This document shows positions 43,503 through 54,561 of a DNA stretch of 64,000 bases, piece by piece. A program made the position numbers and the translations under genes. Each line of letters starts with the position of its first letter. Positions within the stretch are counted from its first letter, which is position 1. The notes beneath the pieces are model-generated. The model did no database searches, had not been told where the DNA came from, and was given only the letters and a program-made list of their open reading frames with translations. This DNA is from Burkholderiales bacterium (GTDB lineage: Bacteria; Pseudomonadota; Gammaproteobacteria; Burkholderiales; JAHFRG01): the NCBI GenBank assembly GCA_036522275.1, contig DATDGC010000057.1, positions 7,561-71,560 of the forward strand. Direction: 5' to 3'.

Positions 43503-45530
43503 GTGATTGTCACTTTCCCCAATAGCCCTTACAAGCTGCACCAGACGTTCGAGCCGGCGGGCGACCAGCCTGAAGCAATTACACAACTGGTGGCGGGAAT
43601 CAAGGACGGGCTCGCCTACCAAACGCTGCTCGGCGTGACCGGTTCGGGAAAAACCTACACCATAGCGCATGCGATTGCCAGGCTCGGCCGCCCGGCAATC
43701 GTCATGGCGCCCAACAAGACGCTTGCCGCGCAGCTCTACGCCGAATTTCGCGAGTTTTTTCCCGAAAATGCAGTCGAGTACTTTGTTTCCTATTACGATT
43801 ACTACCAGCCGGAAGCCTATGTGCCTTCGCGCGATCTGTATATCGAAAAAGATTCCAGCATCAACGAGCATATCGAGCAGATGCGGCTCTCCGCCACCAA
43901 ATCGCTGTTGGAGCGGGATGACAGCATAATCGTCGCCACCGTTTCGGCGATTTACGGCATCGGCGATCCGGTGGATTATCACGGCATGATTTTGCACCTG
44001 CGCGAAAAAGAAAAATTAACCCAGCGCGACGCCATCAAGCGTCTTGCTGAAATGCAGTATGAGCGCAACGAGATTGAATTCAGGCGCGGCACCTTCCGCG
44101 TGCATGGCGACGTGCTGGATATTTTTCCTGCAGAAAATTCTGAAACCGCACTGCGGCTGACTTTGTTCGACGACGCAGTGGAGAGCCTGTCGCTGTTCGA
44201 TCCGCTGACCGGCCACACCCTGCAGCGGGTAGGGCGTTACACAGTCTATCCCTCCAGCCATTACGTCGCGCCACGCGACACTACGCTGCGTGCCATCGAG
44301 GCCATCAAGCTGGAATTGCGCGAGCGCATCGAGTATTTCCAGAAGCACAACAAACTGATCGAAGCGCAGCGCATCGAGCAGCGCACACGCTTCGATCTGG
44401 AAATGATGAACGAACTGGGCTTCTGTAAAGGCATTGAAAACTACTCGCGGCACCTCTCGGGCAGAAAAGAAGGCGAGCCGCCGCCCACCCTGATTGATTA
44501 CCTGCCGCCGAACGCGTTGATGATCGTGGATGAGAGCCATGTCACCATTCCGCAACTCGGAGGCATGTACCGCGGCGACCGTTCGCGCAAGGAAACCCTG
44601 GTGGATTACGGCTTCCGGCTGCCGTCGGCCCTGGATAATCGCCCGCTGCGTTTTGACGAATTCGAAGGCGTCATGCACCAGACCATATTCTTATCCGCAA
44701 CACCTGCCGAATATGAGCGAGAACATTCGGGCCAGGTGGTGGAGCAGGTGGTGCGACCGACCGGGCTGATCGATCCTCGCGTGGAAGTGCGTCCCGCGGC
44801 GACTCAGGTTGATGATTTGCTTTCCGAAGCGAATGCCCGCGCGGCTTTAAAGGAACGCGTTTTGGTGACCACGCTCACCAAACGCATGGCGGAAGATCTT
44901 ACCGATTATTTCGCCGATCACGGGGTCAAGGTGCGCTACCTGCATTCGGACATCGAGACTGTGGAAAGGGTCGAAATCATCCGCGATCTGCGGCTGGGAG
45001 AATTCGACGTGCTGGTCGGCATCAACCTGTTGCGTGAAGGGCTGGACATTCCCGAAGTCTCGCTGGTGGCGATACTGGATGCCGATAAGGAAGGTTTCCT
45101 GCGCTCAGAACGCTCGCTGATCCAGACCATGGGGCGCGCTGCAAGGCATATCAATGGTACCGCGATACTGTACGCGGATACTATTACCGGCTCGATACGC
45201 CGCGCTATTGATGAAACCGAGCGGCGTCGCAAGAAGCAGATGCGCTATAACCTTGAGCGCGGCATTACGCCGATAGGGGTAAGCAAGCGCGTCAAGGATA
45301 TGATAGACGGCATTTACGATCCGCAGCTTGCACAGCAGCAACTCAAGGCAGCGCAGACTGAAGCGGTTTACCAGGCGATGAGCGAGAAGGAGCTTACCAG
45401 GGAAGTGAAGCGTCTGGAGAAGGAGATGCTCGCCTGCGCCAAGAATCTGGAATTCGAGCGCGCGGCAGAGCTCCGCGACCAACTAAAGGAATTAAAACAA
45501 AGGCTATTCGGAGTAGTGGAGCACACGTAG
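43503..45530 (+). CDS. uvrB: excinuclease ABC subunit B
   Basis: 675 aa. Walker A GVTGSGKT, helicase motifs, C-terminal UVR domain ([13 protein letters not shown]). GTG start. Confidence 0.95.
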   Translation: MIVTFPNSPYKLHQTFEPAGDQPEAITQLVAGIKDGLAYQTLLGVTGSGKTYTIAHAIARLGRPAIVMAPNKTLAAQLYAEFREFFPENAVEYFVSYYDYYQPEAYVPSRDLYIEKDSSINEHIEQMRLSATKSLLERDDSIIVATVSAIYGIGDPVDYHGMILHLREKEKLTQRDAIKRLAEMQYERNEIEFRRGTFRVHGDVLDIFPAENSETALRLTLFDDAVESLSLFDPLTGHTLQRVGRYTVYPSSHYVAPRDTTLRAIEAIKLELRERIEYFQKHNKLIEAQRIEQRTRFDLEMMNELGFCKGIENYSRHLSGRKEGEPPPTLIDYLPPNALMIVDESHVTIPQLGGMYRGDRSRKETLVDYGFRLPSALDNRPLRFDEFEGVMHQTIFLSATPAEYEREHSGQVVEQVVRPTGLIDPRVEVRPAATQVDDLLSEANARAALKERVLVTTLTKRMAEDLTDYFADHGVKVRYLHSDIETVERVEIIRDLRLGEFDVLVGINLLREGLDIPEVSLVAILDADKEGFLRSERSLIQTMGRAARHINGTAILYADTITGSIRRAIDETERRRKKQMRYNLERGITPIGVSKRVKDMIDGIYDPQLAQQQLKAAQTEAVYQAMSEKELTREVKRLEKEMLACAKNLEFERAAELRDQLKELKQRLFGVVEHT

Positions 45531-45739
45531 GGAACCTCTGAACAAGTCCCACGAGGGACGCGTTTCTGGCGAAATGCAGATGATTGTGCGGCGCGCGACG
45601 AACTTGGCCTGACTGCGGACGCCCATCTTGGTCGACATGGCTGCGGGTATGGCCACGCATCAATAATGTCTTAATTAACCTGTTATAAAAAATCGCGGCT
45701 TGGCTTGGCAAAGACTCATCATTGCTGTATTATTCATAT

Positions 45740-46186
45740 ATGAACAAGAAACGTACCCGGAGCCGGAGCAGCAGCCCAGCTCGTTCCGAACAAGTGATAA
45801 TTTCGCTCGTTCGGTTAGCGAACGCTGTTAATAGACGCTTTGAAGAAGCTTTAGAGGAGGTCGGGCTGTCGTTGGCCAAGTTCGGCGCGCTAAAGCATCT
45901 TGCGCAGGCTGGCGAGCCGTTAAGCTTGAGCGAATGTGCCGCGCGGATGACTTGCGTCCGTTCGAATATTACGCAACTGGTGGACCGTCTCGAGGCCGAT
46001 GGGCTTGTCCGCCGTGTAGAGGATCCCGCTGACCGTCGCGCTGTACGGGCCACCGTGACACCGCTCGGTCTGGAACGCCAGGCCGCAGGCGCAAGACAGG
46101 TAGAAAAGGTGCAAAAAGAGTTGGCTAAGAAATTTTCGGGGATCGACTACGGCACGCTCGAGCGTATGCTGTCTGCGATCAAGTAG
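45740..46186 (+). CDS. MarR family transcriptional regulator
   Basis: Winged-helix region LSLAKFGALKHL ... RVEDPADRRAV. Upstream of the efflux operon. Confidence 0.8.
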   Translation: MNKKRTRSRSSSPARSEQVIISLVRLANAVNRRFEEALEEVGLSLAKFGALKHLAQAGEPLSLSECAARMTCVRSNITQLVDRLEADGLVRRVEDPADRRAVRATVTPLGLERQAAGARQVEKVQKELAKKFSGIDYGTLERMLSAIK

Positions 46187-46249
46187 GTTTGTTGTTTGGC
46201 ACTAACATTACATATTTGAATGATGCATTATAAAAGGAGAGCGCAGAGC

Positions 46250-47500
46250 ATGATTGATCGGATTCCATCAGCCGTGGAGAAATGCAGCTTGTTCGTGGCA
46301 TTCACATTCCTTTCACTGTTGAGCGCGTGCGGTCCCAATGCCCCTGCAACGCCCGCGTCCCCGCCCCTTCCCGCAGTCACCGTGGCGCGGCCGATTGCAA
46401 AAGAAGTCGTGGAATGGGATGAGTACACCGGCAGGCTGGAGGCGGTAGAAACGGTGGAAGTGCGCGCACGAGTGAGCGGCTATCTGACCAAAATCAATTT
46501 TAAGGACGGGGCCAAGGTGAAGAAAGGGGACCTGCTTTACGTCATCGATCCCCGGCAGTACCAGGCCGAGGTTGACCGCACCATGGCGGAAGTTACGCGG
46601 CTGGAAGCGAGGCTGGAGCTTGCCAAAAATGACTTGGCCCGGGCGGAGCGGCTAATCAAAACAAGAGCCATCTCGGAACAGGATTATGACACTCGCAGCA
46701 AGGGTGTCTCGGCAGCGGGCGCTGAGCTGCGTTCAGCAAAGGCGGCACTGGAGACAGCAAAACTCAACCTCGAATTTACCCAGCTGCGCGCCCCGATCAA
46801 CGGACGCATCAGCAGAACGCTCAAGACCGTGGGCAACCTGGTGAATGGCGGCAACAATTCCGGTGATGCAACGTTGCTTACCACCATAGTGTCCACCGAT
46901 CCCATTTACGTTTACATCGATGCCGATGAACAAGCGGTATTAAAGTACCGGCGGCTGTCGCGCGAAGGGCTGCGCGAGTCCGCACGTCATGGTCCGATCC
47001 CGATGGAACTTGAACTTGCCGACGAGAAGAATTTTCCGCATAAAGGAGTTACCGATTTTGTGGAGCCGCGTCTCGATCCGACCACCGGCACAGTGAGAGC
47101 GCGCGGGGTATTCTCCAATGAGAATGATCAGCTGAGCCCCGGCTTTTTCGTGCGCGTGCGCATTCACGGCAGCGGCACCTATCCGGCGTTGCTGATTTCA
47201 GACGTGGCGATCGGCGTGGACCAGGAGAAAAAATTTGTCCTGGTCGTGAATAGCGACGACATGGTGGAGTACCGCGTGGTGAAACCAGGACCCATTGTTG
47301 AAGGTTTGCGGGTCATTCAGGAAGGATTGAAGCCGGACGACTGGATCATTGTGAATGGCCTCCAGCGCGTGCAACCAGGGCTCAAGGTGAGCCCGGAAAA
47401 AATTGATATGGCAAGTCTCGCAAAAGGGCCTGATAGCAATGCGGCTGCGCCGGGCAACGAAAAATCGCAGCCTCAGAAAAAGGAAGATGGAGCGCATTAA
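46250..47500 (+). CDS. efflux RND transporter periplasmic adaptor (membrane fusion lipoprotein)
   Basis: Lipobox LLSACG. HlyD/AcrA-like hairpin and barrel regions. SD AGGAG. Confidence 0.85.
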   Translation: MIDRIPSAVEKCSLFVAFTFLSLLSACGPNAPATPASPPLPAVTVARPIAKEVVEWDEYTGRLEAVETVEVRARVSGYLTKINFKDGAKVKKGDLLYVIDPRQYQAEVDRTMAEVTRLEARLELAKNDLARAERLIKTRAISEQDYDTRSKGVSAAGAELRSAKAALETAKLNLEFTQLRAPINGRISRTLKTVGNLVNGGNNSGDATLLTTIVSTDPIYVYIDADEQAVLKYRRLSREGLRESARHGPIPMELELADEKNFPHKGVTDFVEPRLDPTTGTVRARGVFSNENDQLSPGFFVRVRIHGSGTYPALLISDVAIGVDQEKKFVLVVNSDDMVEYRVVKPGPIVEGLRVIQEGLKPDDWIIVNGLQRVQPGLKVSPEKIDMASLAKGPDSNAAAPGNEKSQPQKKEDGAH

Positions 47501-50500
47501 TTGAAGTTCGCACATTATTTTATTGACCGGCCGATTTTCGCCGCGGTCCTTTCGATTTTCTTCGTGCTTGTCGGCTCCATCGCGCTGTACCAGCTGCCGG
47601 TGGCGCAACTTCCCAATGTCGCACCGCCTACGATCGTGGTCAACGCGAGTTACCCCGGCGCCAATGCGGTGACGGTAGCTGAGACTGTGGCAACCCCCAT
47701 TGAGCAGGAAGTGAATGGGGTCGAAAACATGCTCTACATGTCGTCGCAGTCCACCAGCGACGGTCAGATGAACCTCACCATTACGTTCAATCTCGGTACC
47801 GATCTCAACCAGGCACAGGTGCTGGTGCAAAACCGGGTGGCGGTCGCGGAGCCGAGGCTCCCCGCTGAAGTGCGGCAGAACGGCATTACCACCAAGAAGC
47901 GCTCCCCTGATCTCACTATGGTGGTGCATCTGCTGTCGCCGGACAACACCTACGATCAGCTGTACGTGGGGAACTACGCTTATTTGCAGATTAAAGATGT
48001 GCTGGCACGCGTTCCCGGCGTGGGGGACGTGATCGTGTTCGGCGCGCGCGACTACAGTATGCGCATCTGGCTTGACCCCGGCAAAGTGGCGCAGCGTAAC
48101 CTCACTGCAACCAATGTTGTCAATGCCATCAGAGAGCAGAACGTGCAAGTGGCGGCGGGCGTCATCAACCAGCCACCGGCGCCGAATGCCCGCGAGCTGC
48201 AACTCACGGTCAACACTTTGGGCCGTCTGTGGACTGAGCAGCAATTCGGCGACATCGTCATCAAATCCGGCAATGAGGGCGAGGTTACCTATTTGCGCGA
48301 CATCGCTCGCATTGAGCTTGCTGCGCGCGATTATTCCGTGAACAGCTATCTCGGCGGCAAACCCGCTGCTGCGATAGTGATATTTCAGCTGCCCGGCACC
48401 AATTCGCTGGAGACTGCCAAGGCAGTGCGTGCCACCATGGCAAAACTCAAAGAGCGCTTTCCCAAAGGCCTCGATTACCGCGTTGTGTACGACACCACGC
48501 TTTTCGTCCAGGAATCCATTCGCGCGGTTATCGAGACCCTGATCGGCGCCATCCTTCTGGTGGTGCTGGTGGTGGTGGTGTTTCTGCAAACCTGGCGCGC
48601 TTCCATCATCCCATTGCTTGCGGTGCCGGTATCCCTCATCGGTACTTTCGCCGCGATGGCGGCGTTCGGGTTTTCTCTCAACAACCTGTCGTTGTTTGGA
48701 CTCGTGCTGGCAATCGGTATTGTGGTGGACGACGCCATTGTGGTGGTGGAGAACGTCGAGCGCAATATCGCACTGGGGCTTAAACCCAGGGAGGCTACAT
48801 TCAAGGCGATTGATGAGGTGGCTGGTCCTGTGGTTGCGGTCGCGGTGGTGCTGTGCGCGGTATTTGTCCCAACGGCTTTTATCAGCGGACTGAATGGCCA
48901 GTTCTACCGGCAGTTCGCACTGACCATAGCGGTCTCCACCGTTATTTCCGCCTTCAATTCGCTCACGCTGAGTCCTGCCTTATGCGCACTGCTGTTGCAG
49001 CCGCACGGCGCAAAGCGGGATTGGTTTACGCGCTTTTTGGACCGCATCCTCGGCTGGTTTTTCCGCTCGTTCAACTGGGCGTTTGAGCGGGCCAGAAACG
49101 AGTACACGCGCGTGGTCGCGCGCGTAATCCGGATCACCGCAGTCATGCTGGTTATTTATGCGGGGCTGCTCGGTGCCACGTGGTTGGGTTTTACCGGAGT
49201 GCCTACCGGATTCATCCCGTCGCAGGACCAGGGCTACCTCATCGTCTACATTCAACTTCCCGACGCGGCATCGCTTGCGCGCACTGACGCTGTGGTACAG
49301 CGTGCGTCGTCACTCATGCGTGATACCCCCGGTGTTCTTAACACCGTCCAATTTGCAGGCTTCGGGGTTGTGAGTTTTGCCAACACCTCCAACGCCGGGA
49401 CTATATTTGTGCCGCTCAAGCCGTTCGCCGAGCGCGAGCATGATCCCAATCTTTCCGGCGAAAAAATCGCCGCGGTGCTGCGAAACAAATTAAGCGTTAT
49501 TCAGGACGCGTTCGTGGGCGTGTTCTTGCCGCCGCCGGTGCGGGGCGTGAGTACCCTGGGTGGCTTCAAGATGCAAATCCAGGACCGGGGCGGGGCAGGC
49601 CCTCAGGCGCTACAAGCTGCTGCGCAAAAGCTTGCGGACGCGGCCAACCATCAGCCAGGCCTGCAAGGCGTGTTCACCAGCTTCCGGGCCAATGTGCCCC
49701 AGCTTTATCTGGATGTAGACAGAATTAAAGCCAAATCCATGCAGGTGCCTTTGAGCGATGTATTCAGCACGCTGCAGATTTATCTGGGCTCGTTATACGT
49801 CAATGACTTCAATCTTTTTGGCCGCACCTACCAGGTGCGGGTACAGGCGGACGCGCCGTTCCGTTTGAACGCTGAAGACATCCGCTTGCTCAAGACGCGC
49901 AATGTCAAGGGCGATATGGTGCCGCTGGGAACGCTGATGACGGTCAAGGAGATTAACGGCGCGGATCGGATCACGCGCTATAACCTGTTTCCAGCAGCGG
50001 AACTCAACGGTAACACTACTCCCGGCTTAAGCTCCGGCCAGGCCATCGAAATCATGGATAATCTTGCCAAGAAGGAGCTGCCCAGGGAATTCGGCACTGA
50101 ATGGACCGAGCTTATTTTTCAGCAGATTCTTGCGGGCAACACAGCCATTGTCATCTTTCCGCTGTCCGTGTTGTTCGTATTCCTGGCGCTCTCAGCCCTG
50201 TATGAGAGCTGGTCGCTGCCGCTCGCCATAATTCTTATTGTGCCGATGTGTTTGCTGTCTGCTATCACTGGAGTATGGCTGCGGGGACTCGATAATAATA
50301 TTTTCACCCAGATCGGCTTTGTGGTGCTGGTGGGACTCGCGTGTAAGAACGCGATTTTGATTGTCGAATTCGCAAAACAGCATCAGGACCAGGGGATGAA
50401 CAGGTTTGATGCCGCGATTGAAGCGTGCAAACTGCGTCTGCGGCCTATCCTGATGACATCATTTGCCTTCATTTTCGGTGTTCTGCCACTGGTGTTTTCA

Positions 50501-50698
50501 GTAGGAGCCGGAGCTGAAATGCGTCAGGCGCTGGGCACGGCGGTGTTCAGCGGGATGTTGGGCGTGACGTTCTTCGGGTTATTTTTAACGCCGGTGTTTT
50601 ATGTAGTGTTACGCAAGATGGTCGAGCGCCGCAAAAAGGAAAGTTCTATGCCGGCGGGCGGCACCGCCAGCGAAGGTACCCCCTTGGATAAACTTTAA
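47501..50698 (+). CDS. RND efflux permease (AcrB/MexF family)
   Basis: 1065 aa. The MKFAHYFIDRPIFA N-terminus is typical of HAE1 transporters. 12 TM helices. TTG start directly after the adaptor stop. Confidence 0.9.
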   Translation: MKFAHYFIDRPIFAAVLSIFFVLVGSIALYQLPVAQLPNVAPPTIVVNASYPGANAVTVAETVATPIEQEVNGVENMLYMSSQSTSDGQMNLTITFNLGTDLNQAQVLVQNRVAVAEPRLPAEVRQNGITTKKRSPDLTMVVHLLSPDNTYDQLYVGNYAYLQIKDVLARVPGVGDVIVFGARDYSMRIWLDPGKVAQRNLTATNVVNAIREQNVQVAAGVINQPPAPNARELQLTVNTLGRLWTEQQFGDIVIKSGNEGEVTYLRDIARIELAARDYSVNSYLGGKPAAAIVIFQLPGTNSLETAKAVRATMAKLKERFPKGLDYRVVYDTTLFVQESIRAVIETLIGAILLVVLVVVVFLQTWRASIIPLLAVPVSLIGTFAAMAAFGFSLNNLSLFGLVLAIGIVVDDAIVVVENVERNIALGLKPREATFKAIDEVAGPVVAVAVVLCAVFVPTAFISGLNGQFYRQFALTIAVSTVISAFNSLTLSPALCALLLQPHGAKRDWFTRFLDRILGWFFRSFNWAFERARNEYTRVVARVIRITAVMLVIYAGLLGATWLGFTGVPTGFIPSQDQGYLIVYIQLPDAASLARTDAVVQRASSLMRDTPGVLNTVQFAGFGVVSFANTSNAGTIFVPLKPFAEREHDPNLSGEKIAAVLRNKLSVIQDAFVGVFLPPPVRGVSTLGGFKMQIQDRGGAGPQALQAAAQKLADAANHQPGLQGVFTSFRANVPQLYLDVDRIKAKSMQVPLSDVFSTLQIYLGSLYVNDFNLFGRTYQVRVQADAPFRLNAEDIRLLKTRNVKGDMVPLGTLMTVKEINGADRITRYNLFPAAELNGNTTPGLSSGQAIEIMDNLAKKELPREFGTEWTELIFQQILAGNTAIVIFPLSVLFVFLALSALYESWSLPLAIILIVPMCLLSAITGVWLRGLDNNIFTQIGFVVLVGLACKNAILIVEFAKQHQDQGMNRFDAAIEACKLRLRPILMTSFAFIFGVLPLVFSVGAGAEMRQALGTAVFSGMLGVTFFGLFLTPVFYVVLRKMVERRKKESSMPAGGTASEGTPLDKL

Positions 50699-50725
50699 TG
50701 CATCGTGCGATGGAAGGATAGAACC

Positions 50726-52165
50726 ATGAGTATCCGCTTATTGAGTTTGCAACACGTATGTTTGGGGCTGGCTGTGGTTCTTGCCGGCTGTGCTGCGGTA
50801 GGCCCTGATTACAAGACGCCTGAAACAGAAGTAAGCGCGGGTTACGTCAGCGCTGATGAGGCAGGTTTTTCCACAGAGCAGGTAGATGTGACATGGTGGC
50901 GAGGTTTCAATGACACCACTTTGAACCAGCTGGTTGAGGTTGCGCTCAATAACAATCACGATTTGCGCATTGCGACAGCCAACCTGCTGGAAGCGCGGGC
51001 GCTCAGACAGCAAACGGAATATGACCGCTATCCCACAGTCACCGCTGAGGGATTTTTCACCCAGCAGCATTTCAGCAACGCAGCGCTTCTATCCGGCACG
51101 GGGAGCAGCAATGAAAAGTTGTATCAACTTGGTTTCGATGCTACATGGGAGTTGGATTTTTTTGGCCGCGTGCGGCGCTCGATCGAAGCTCAGTCGGCAC
51201 AGGTTGGGGCTGCCGAAGCCACTCGCCGCGACGTGATCGTGAGCCTGATTGCGGAAGTCGCAAGAAATTACTTTGAACTTCGCGGCATTCAGCACCAACT
51301 CGATGTTGCACTGAAAAACGCCGCCAACCAGCATGAAACCCTGAATCTCACGCTGGAACTGCTGGAAGGAGGTCAAGGCACAGAATTGGACACTTCGCGT
51401 GCGCGCGAGCAATGGAATTCAACACTGGCCACCATACCGCTGTTACAGGCCGCAGTACAACGGTCGATTTACCGCCTTGGCGTATTGACGGGGCAGCAAC
51501 CCCAGGCGTTGCTCAGCGATCTTAAAGAACCTGCTCCTTTGGCGGAGTATTCAAAGCTTATCGTGATAGGCAAACCTGAGGAATTGTTGAGGCGTCGCCC
51601 TGACATCCGTGTTGCAGAACGCAACCTGGCCGCCACCACGGCCCTCATCGGGGTGGCGACTGCCGACCTTTTCCCACGGGTGACTTTCCGCGGCCTTGCA
51701 TCCTTGGAGGGCAACACTTTTTCCGGGCTCGGCGATTCAGGCAGCGGAACTTATTTATTCGGGCCCGTCATCCGATGGGAGGCGGTCTTTAATTATGGAC
51801 GTGTCAAGGCGCGCATACTTGCAGCTGACGCGCGCGCGGAAGCAAATCTGGCGCTCTACGAAAAAACCGTATTGACAGCTTTAGAAGAGACTGAAAACGC
51901 TTTGGTCGAGTTTACCCGTGAGCGGGCACGCCGCGACTATCTTCGTGCTGCAGTGGAAGCCAGCGAAAAAGCTTCATCTCTGGCACAGCAGCGCTTTCAG
52001 GAAGGTGCCACCGATTTTCTCACTGTGCTTGATTCCGAGCGCCGTTTGCTTGAGACACAGCAAAACTTAGCACAGAGCGAAACCAGCACCGCGACTTCGC
52101 TGGTGGCGGTGTATAAAGCGCTGGGAGGAGGTTGGGAAATCGAGCAGCCGCTTGCCGCGAAGTAA
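50726..52165 (+). CDS. efflux outer membrane factor lipoprotein (NodT family)
   Basis: Lipobox VLAGCAAVG. Two TolC-like repeats. C-terminal ALGGGW motif. Confidence 0.85.
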   Translation: MSIRLLSLQHVCLGLAVVLAGCAAVGPDYKTPETEVSAGYVSADEAGFSTEQVDVTWWRGFNDTTLNQLVEVALNNNHDLRIATANLLEARALRQQTEYDRYPTVTAEGFFTQQHFSNAALLSGTGSSNEKLYQLGFDATWELDFFGRVRRSIEAQSAQVGAAEATRRDVIVSLIAEVARNYFELRGIQHQLDVALKNAANQHETLNLTLELLEGGQGTELDTSRAREQWNSTLATIPLLQAAVQRSIYRLGVLTGQQPQALLSDLKEPAPLAEYSKLIVIGKPEELLRRRPDIRVAERNLAATTALIGVATADLFPRVTFRGLASLEGNTFSGLGDSGSGTYLFGPVIRWEAVFNYGRVKARILAADARAEANLALYEKTVLTALEETENALVEFTRERARRDYLRAAVEASEKASSLAQQRFQEGATDFLTVLDSERRLLETQQNLAQSETSTATSLVAVYKALGGGWEIEQPLAAK

Positions 52166-52365
52166 GTCGTTTATCAATCCGCACAAGAAGTTTGGTCTTG
52201 TTCGGCTTATCCTGCACTTTGCAAAATCCAAATTGGTTGTTCCTCCGGCACATGTACTTGCGGGTTGAATTCCCAGCTTTAGCCCCAATTTAAAAAACAT
52301 TTAAGCCGAAACGGCAATGTATTGCTGGAAAACTTATGTTTTTCGCCTTGCAACGCGTGTTAAAT

Positions 52366-53373
52366 ATGCCATCCCAATCCGGGGAAGGACAAGCCCCGGT
52401 ATTTCCCACCGCAGACGACGCGCTGCTTGATGCGTATTCTCGGGCGGTAATTGATGCCGTGGAAAAAGTAAGCGCGTCTGTAGTAAAAATCGACGTCGAA
52501 ATGAAAGCCGGCCGAAGCGGCAGAAATATACCCAGAGAGCCGACACAGAGTAGCGGCTCGGGATTAGTGTTTACTCACGACGGTTTTATTTTGACCAACA
52601 GCCATGTGGTCAATCATGCAAAGGGACTCGAAGTCACGCTTACCGATGGCCGCCGGTTCCAGGCGGATTTGATTGGAGATGATCCGGACACGGATTTGGC
52701 GGTGATTCGAATTTCGGCGCCTAACCTTGTACCTGCCGATCTGGGAGAATCACGCTCGATACGCGTGGGACAAGTTGCGATAGCGCTCGGCAATCCATTT
52801 GGCTTCCAGTGCACGGTAACGGCCGGTGTGGTGAGCGCATTGGGGCGCTCGTTGCGCGCTCAATCGGGCCGCCTTATTCACGATGTGATTCAGACCGACG
52901 CCGCACTCAATCCTGGCAATTCGGGCGGGCCGCTGGTGAATTCTAAAGGCGAAGTCATAGGCGTCAACACGGCAATTATCCTGCCGGCGCAAGGCATCTG
53001 TTTTGCAATTGCCATCAATACGGCCAAAGTGGTGGTCAGCCAACTGTTTAAACACGGCAAAGTTAAGCGTGGGTCGGTCGGCGTGGTTGGGCAAAATGTT
53101 ACGCTCCCGCGGCGGGTGGTGCGGTTTCATGACCTAGCTTCGGAGAATGGGGTTCTGGTCGTAGCTGTCGAGCCAGGCAGCCCGGCGCAAAAATCCGGTG
53201 TTCAAGATGGCGATGTGATCATCAGCTATGATAGCCATTCAACCGCGGGTATTGATGATTTGCACAAACTGCTGAGCGAAGAGCGCATCGGCAAACATAC
53301 AGAGCTCAGGGTATTGCGCCGTAACAGAATAGTAACAATGCCGATCATTGCCGAAGAACTAGCAGCAAAGTGA
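52366..53373 (+). CDS. S1C (HtrA/DegP-like) serine protease with one PDZ domain
   Basis: His/Asp/Ser contexts TNSHVV, DLAV and GNSGGPL. C-terminal PDZ domain. No recognisable signal peptide from either candidate ATG (52336 or 52366). Confidence 0.8.
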   Translation: MPSQSGEGQAPVFPTADDALLDAYSRAVIDAVEKVSASVVKIDVEMKAGRSGRNIPREPTQSSGSGLVFTHDGFILTNSHVVNHAKGLEVTLTDGRRFQADLIGDDPDTDLAVIRISAPNLVPADLGESRSIRVGQVAIALGNPFGFQCTVTAGVVSALGRSLRAQSGRLIHDVIQTDAALNPGNSGGPLVNSKGEVIGVNTAIILPAQGICFAIAINTAKVVVSQLFKHGKVKRGSVGVVGQNVTLPRRVVRFHDLASENGVLVVAVEPGSPAQKSGVQDGDVIISYDSHSTAGIDDLHKLLSEERIGKHTELRVLRRNRIVTMPIIAEELAAK

Positions 53374-53494
53374 AAACGCAGGGGGAATGGGATCAGAAAC
53401 ATAATCTATAGTTTCGTTATTACCCTTTCTGTTTGATAAAATTAAAAATTAATTTTGGTTTCGAACTGACACTATAACGGGCATTTAGGGATGT

Positions 53495-54022
53495 TTGATT
53501 TGCACTCTAAAGTTTGTGCCATTTGCCTACTTCAAACGACTAAACAAAGCGCAACAGCGGATTTACCACCGCAGCGACGGCATTCGTTCAATTCAATTGC
53601 AGGAAACGCGTATTGATTCCTTGCTTGAAGCGCTTGAAAACAACCTCAAGTGCGATCAAACCAAGGCAGTGGAAACCGTTTGCCAGAAAATCCTCGACCG
53701 ATTGACTGCGGTGCTAAACGTCGCTGCGGTGCGGGTTAAGATTTACGCCACACGGCCCCATGGGCGATGGGGCGAACTCCATGGTCTTTACTCTCCTGCT
53801 GAGAGCCGAGATTTGGCACAAATCGAGGTGTGGATGCGCACCGCGCAGCGCCGGCAGATTGTGGCGTTCCGAACTTTCTTGAGAACATTGTTGCACGAGC
53901 TTTGCCATCATCTGGATTACGAATTGCTGAAGTTGCCGGAGAGTTTCCACACCGAGGGCTTCTACCAACGCGAGTCGAGCCTGTTAAATCAACTCGCACT
54001 TCAGAACCAAACAATTGTCTAA
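53495..54022 (+). CDS. hypothetical protein with HExxH metallopeptidase-like motif
   Basis: 175-aa ORF. LLHELCHHLDYE motif. The start is uncertain (TTG 53495). Confidence 0.45.
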   Translation: MICTLKFVPFAYFKRLNKAQQRIYHRSDGIRSIQLQETRIDSLLEALENNLKCDQTKAVETVCQKILDRLTAVLNVAAVRVKIYATRPHGRWGELHGLYSPAESRDLAQIEVWMRTAQRRQIVAFRTFLRTLLHELCHHLDYELLKLPESFHTEGFYQRESSLLNQLALQNQTIV

Positions 54023-54072
54023 AATATCAGCTATTGGTTCCATCCCTTGGGTGAATAAACAGGTTTAACGAG

Positions 54073-54543
54073 TTGGAAAAAATAAGTGTTCTTTTTATCT
54101 GCACGGGCAATATCTGCCGCTCACCCACTGCGGAAGCGGTGTTCCGTCGGCGCATTCAGCAAGCGGGTCTAGAACATGCTTTCAGCGCGGATTCGGCGGG
54201 TACCCACGATTTCAATCTCGGTAGTGCTCCTGACATGCGGGCAAAAGCAGCAGCGGAGCACAGGGGTTATGGCATGGAAGGAATGTATGCGCGCCAGGTG
54301 ACGATGGATGATTTCGAAACTTTTAATTTCATACTGGTGATGGATAAAGGCAATCTGGCGATATTGAAAAAGGCGTGCCCGCCGGAATCCCTGCACAAGC
54401 TCACGTTGGTCACACAATTCAGCAGCAATTACCCGGACTGGGAAATTCCCGACCCCTATTCAGGCGACAGCCTTGCTTTCGAGCGGGTGCTGGACATGCT
54501 GGAGGATGCAGTGGAAGGTCTGGTCAAGCGCTTGAGCCGGTAG
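54073..54543 (+). CDS. low molecular weight protein-tyrosine-phosphatase
   Basis: P-loop CTGNICRS and a DP motif near the C-terminus. 156 aa. TTG start. Confidence 0.85.
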   Translation: MEKISVLFICTGNICRSPTAEAVFRRRIQQAGLEHAFSADSAGTHDFNLGSAPDMRAKAAAEHRGYGMEGMYARQVTMDDFETFNFILVMDKGNLAILKKACPPESLHKLTLVTQFSSNYPDWEIPDPYSGDSLAFERVLDMLEDAVEGLVKRLSR

Positions 54544-54561
54544 CTCGAAAGCCGGGTTTGC

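Noticed and set aside
47198-48589. 463-aa ORF on the minus strand
   Set aside because: It lies entirely antisense to the well-supported RND permease gene. It has a His/Arg-rich low-complexity composition typical of antisense frames in GC-rich coding DNA, and no recognisable domain.
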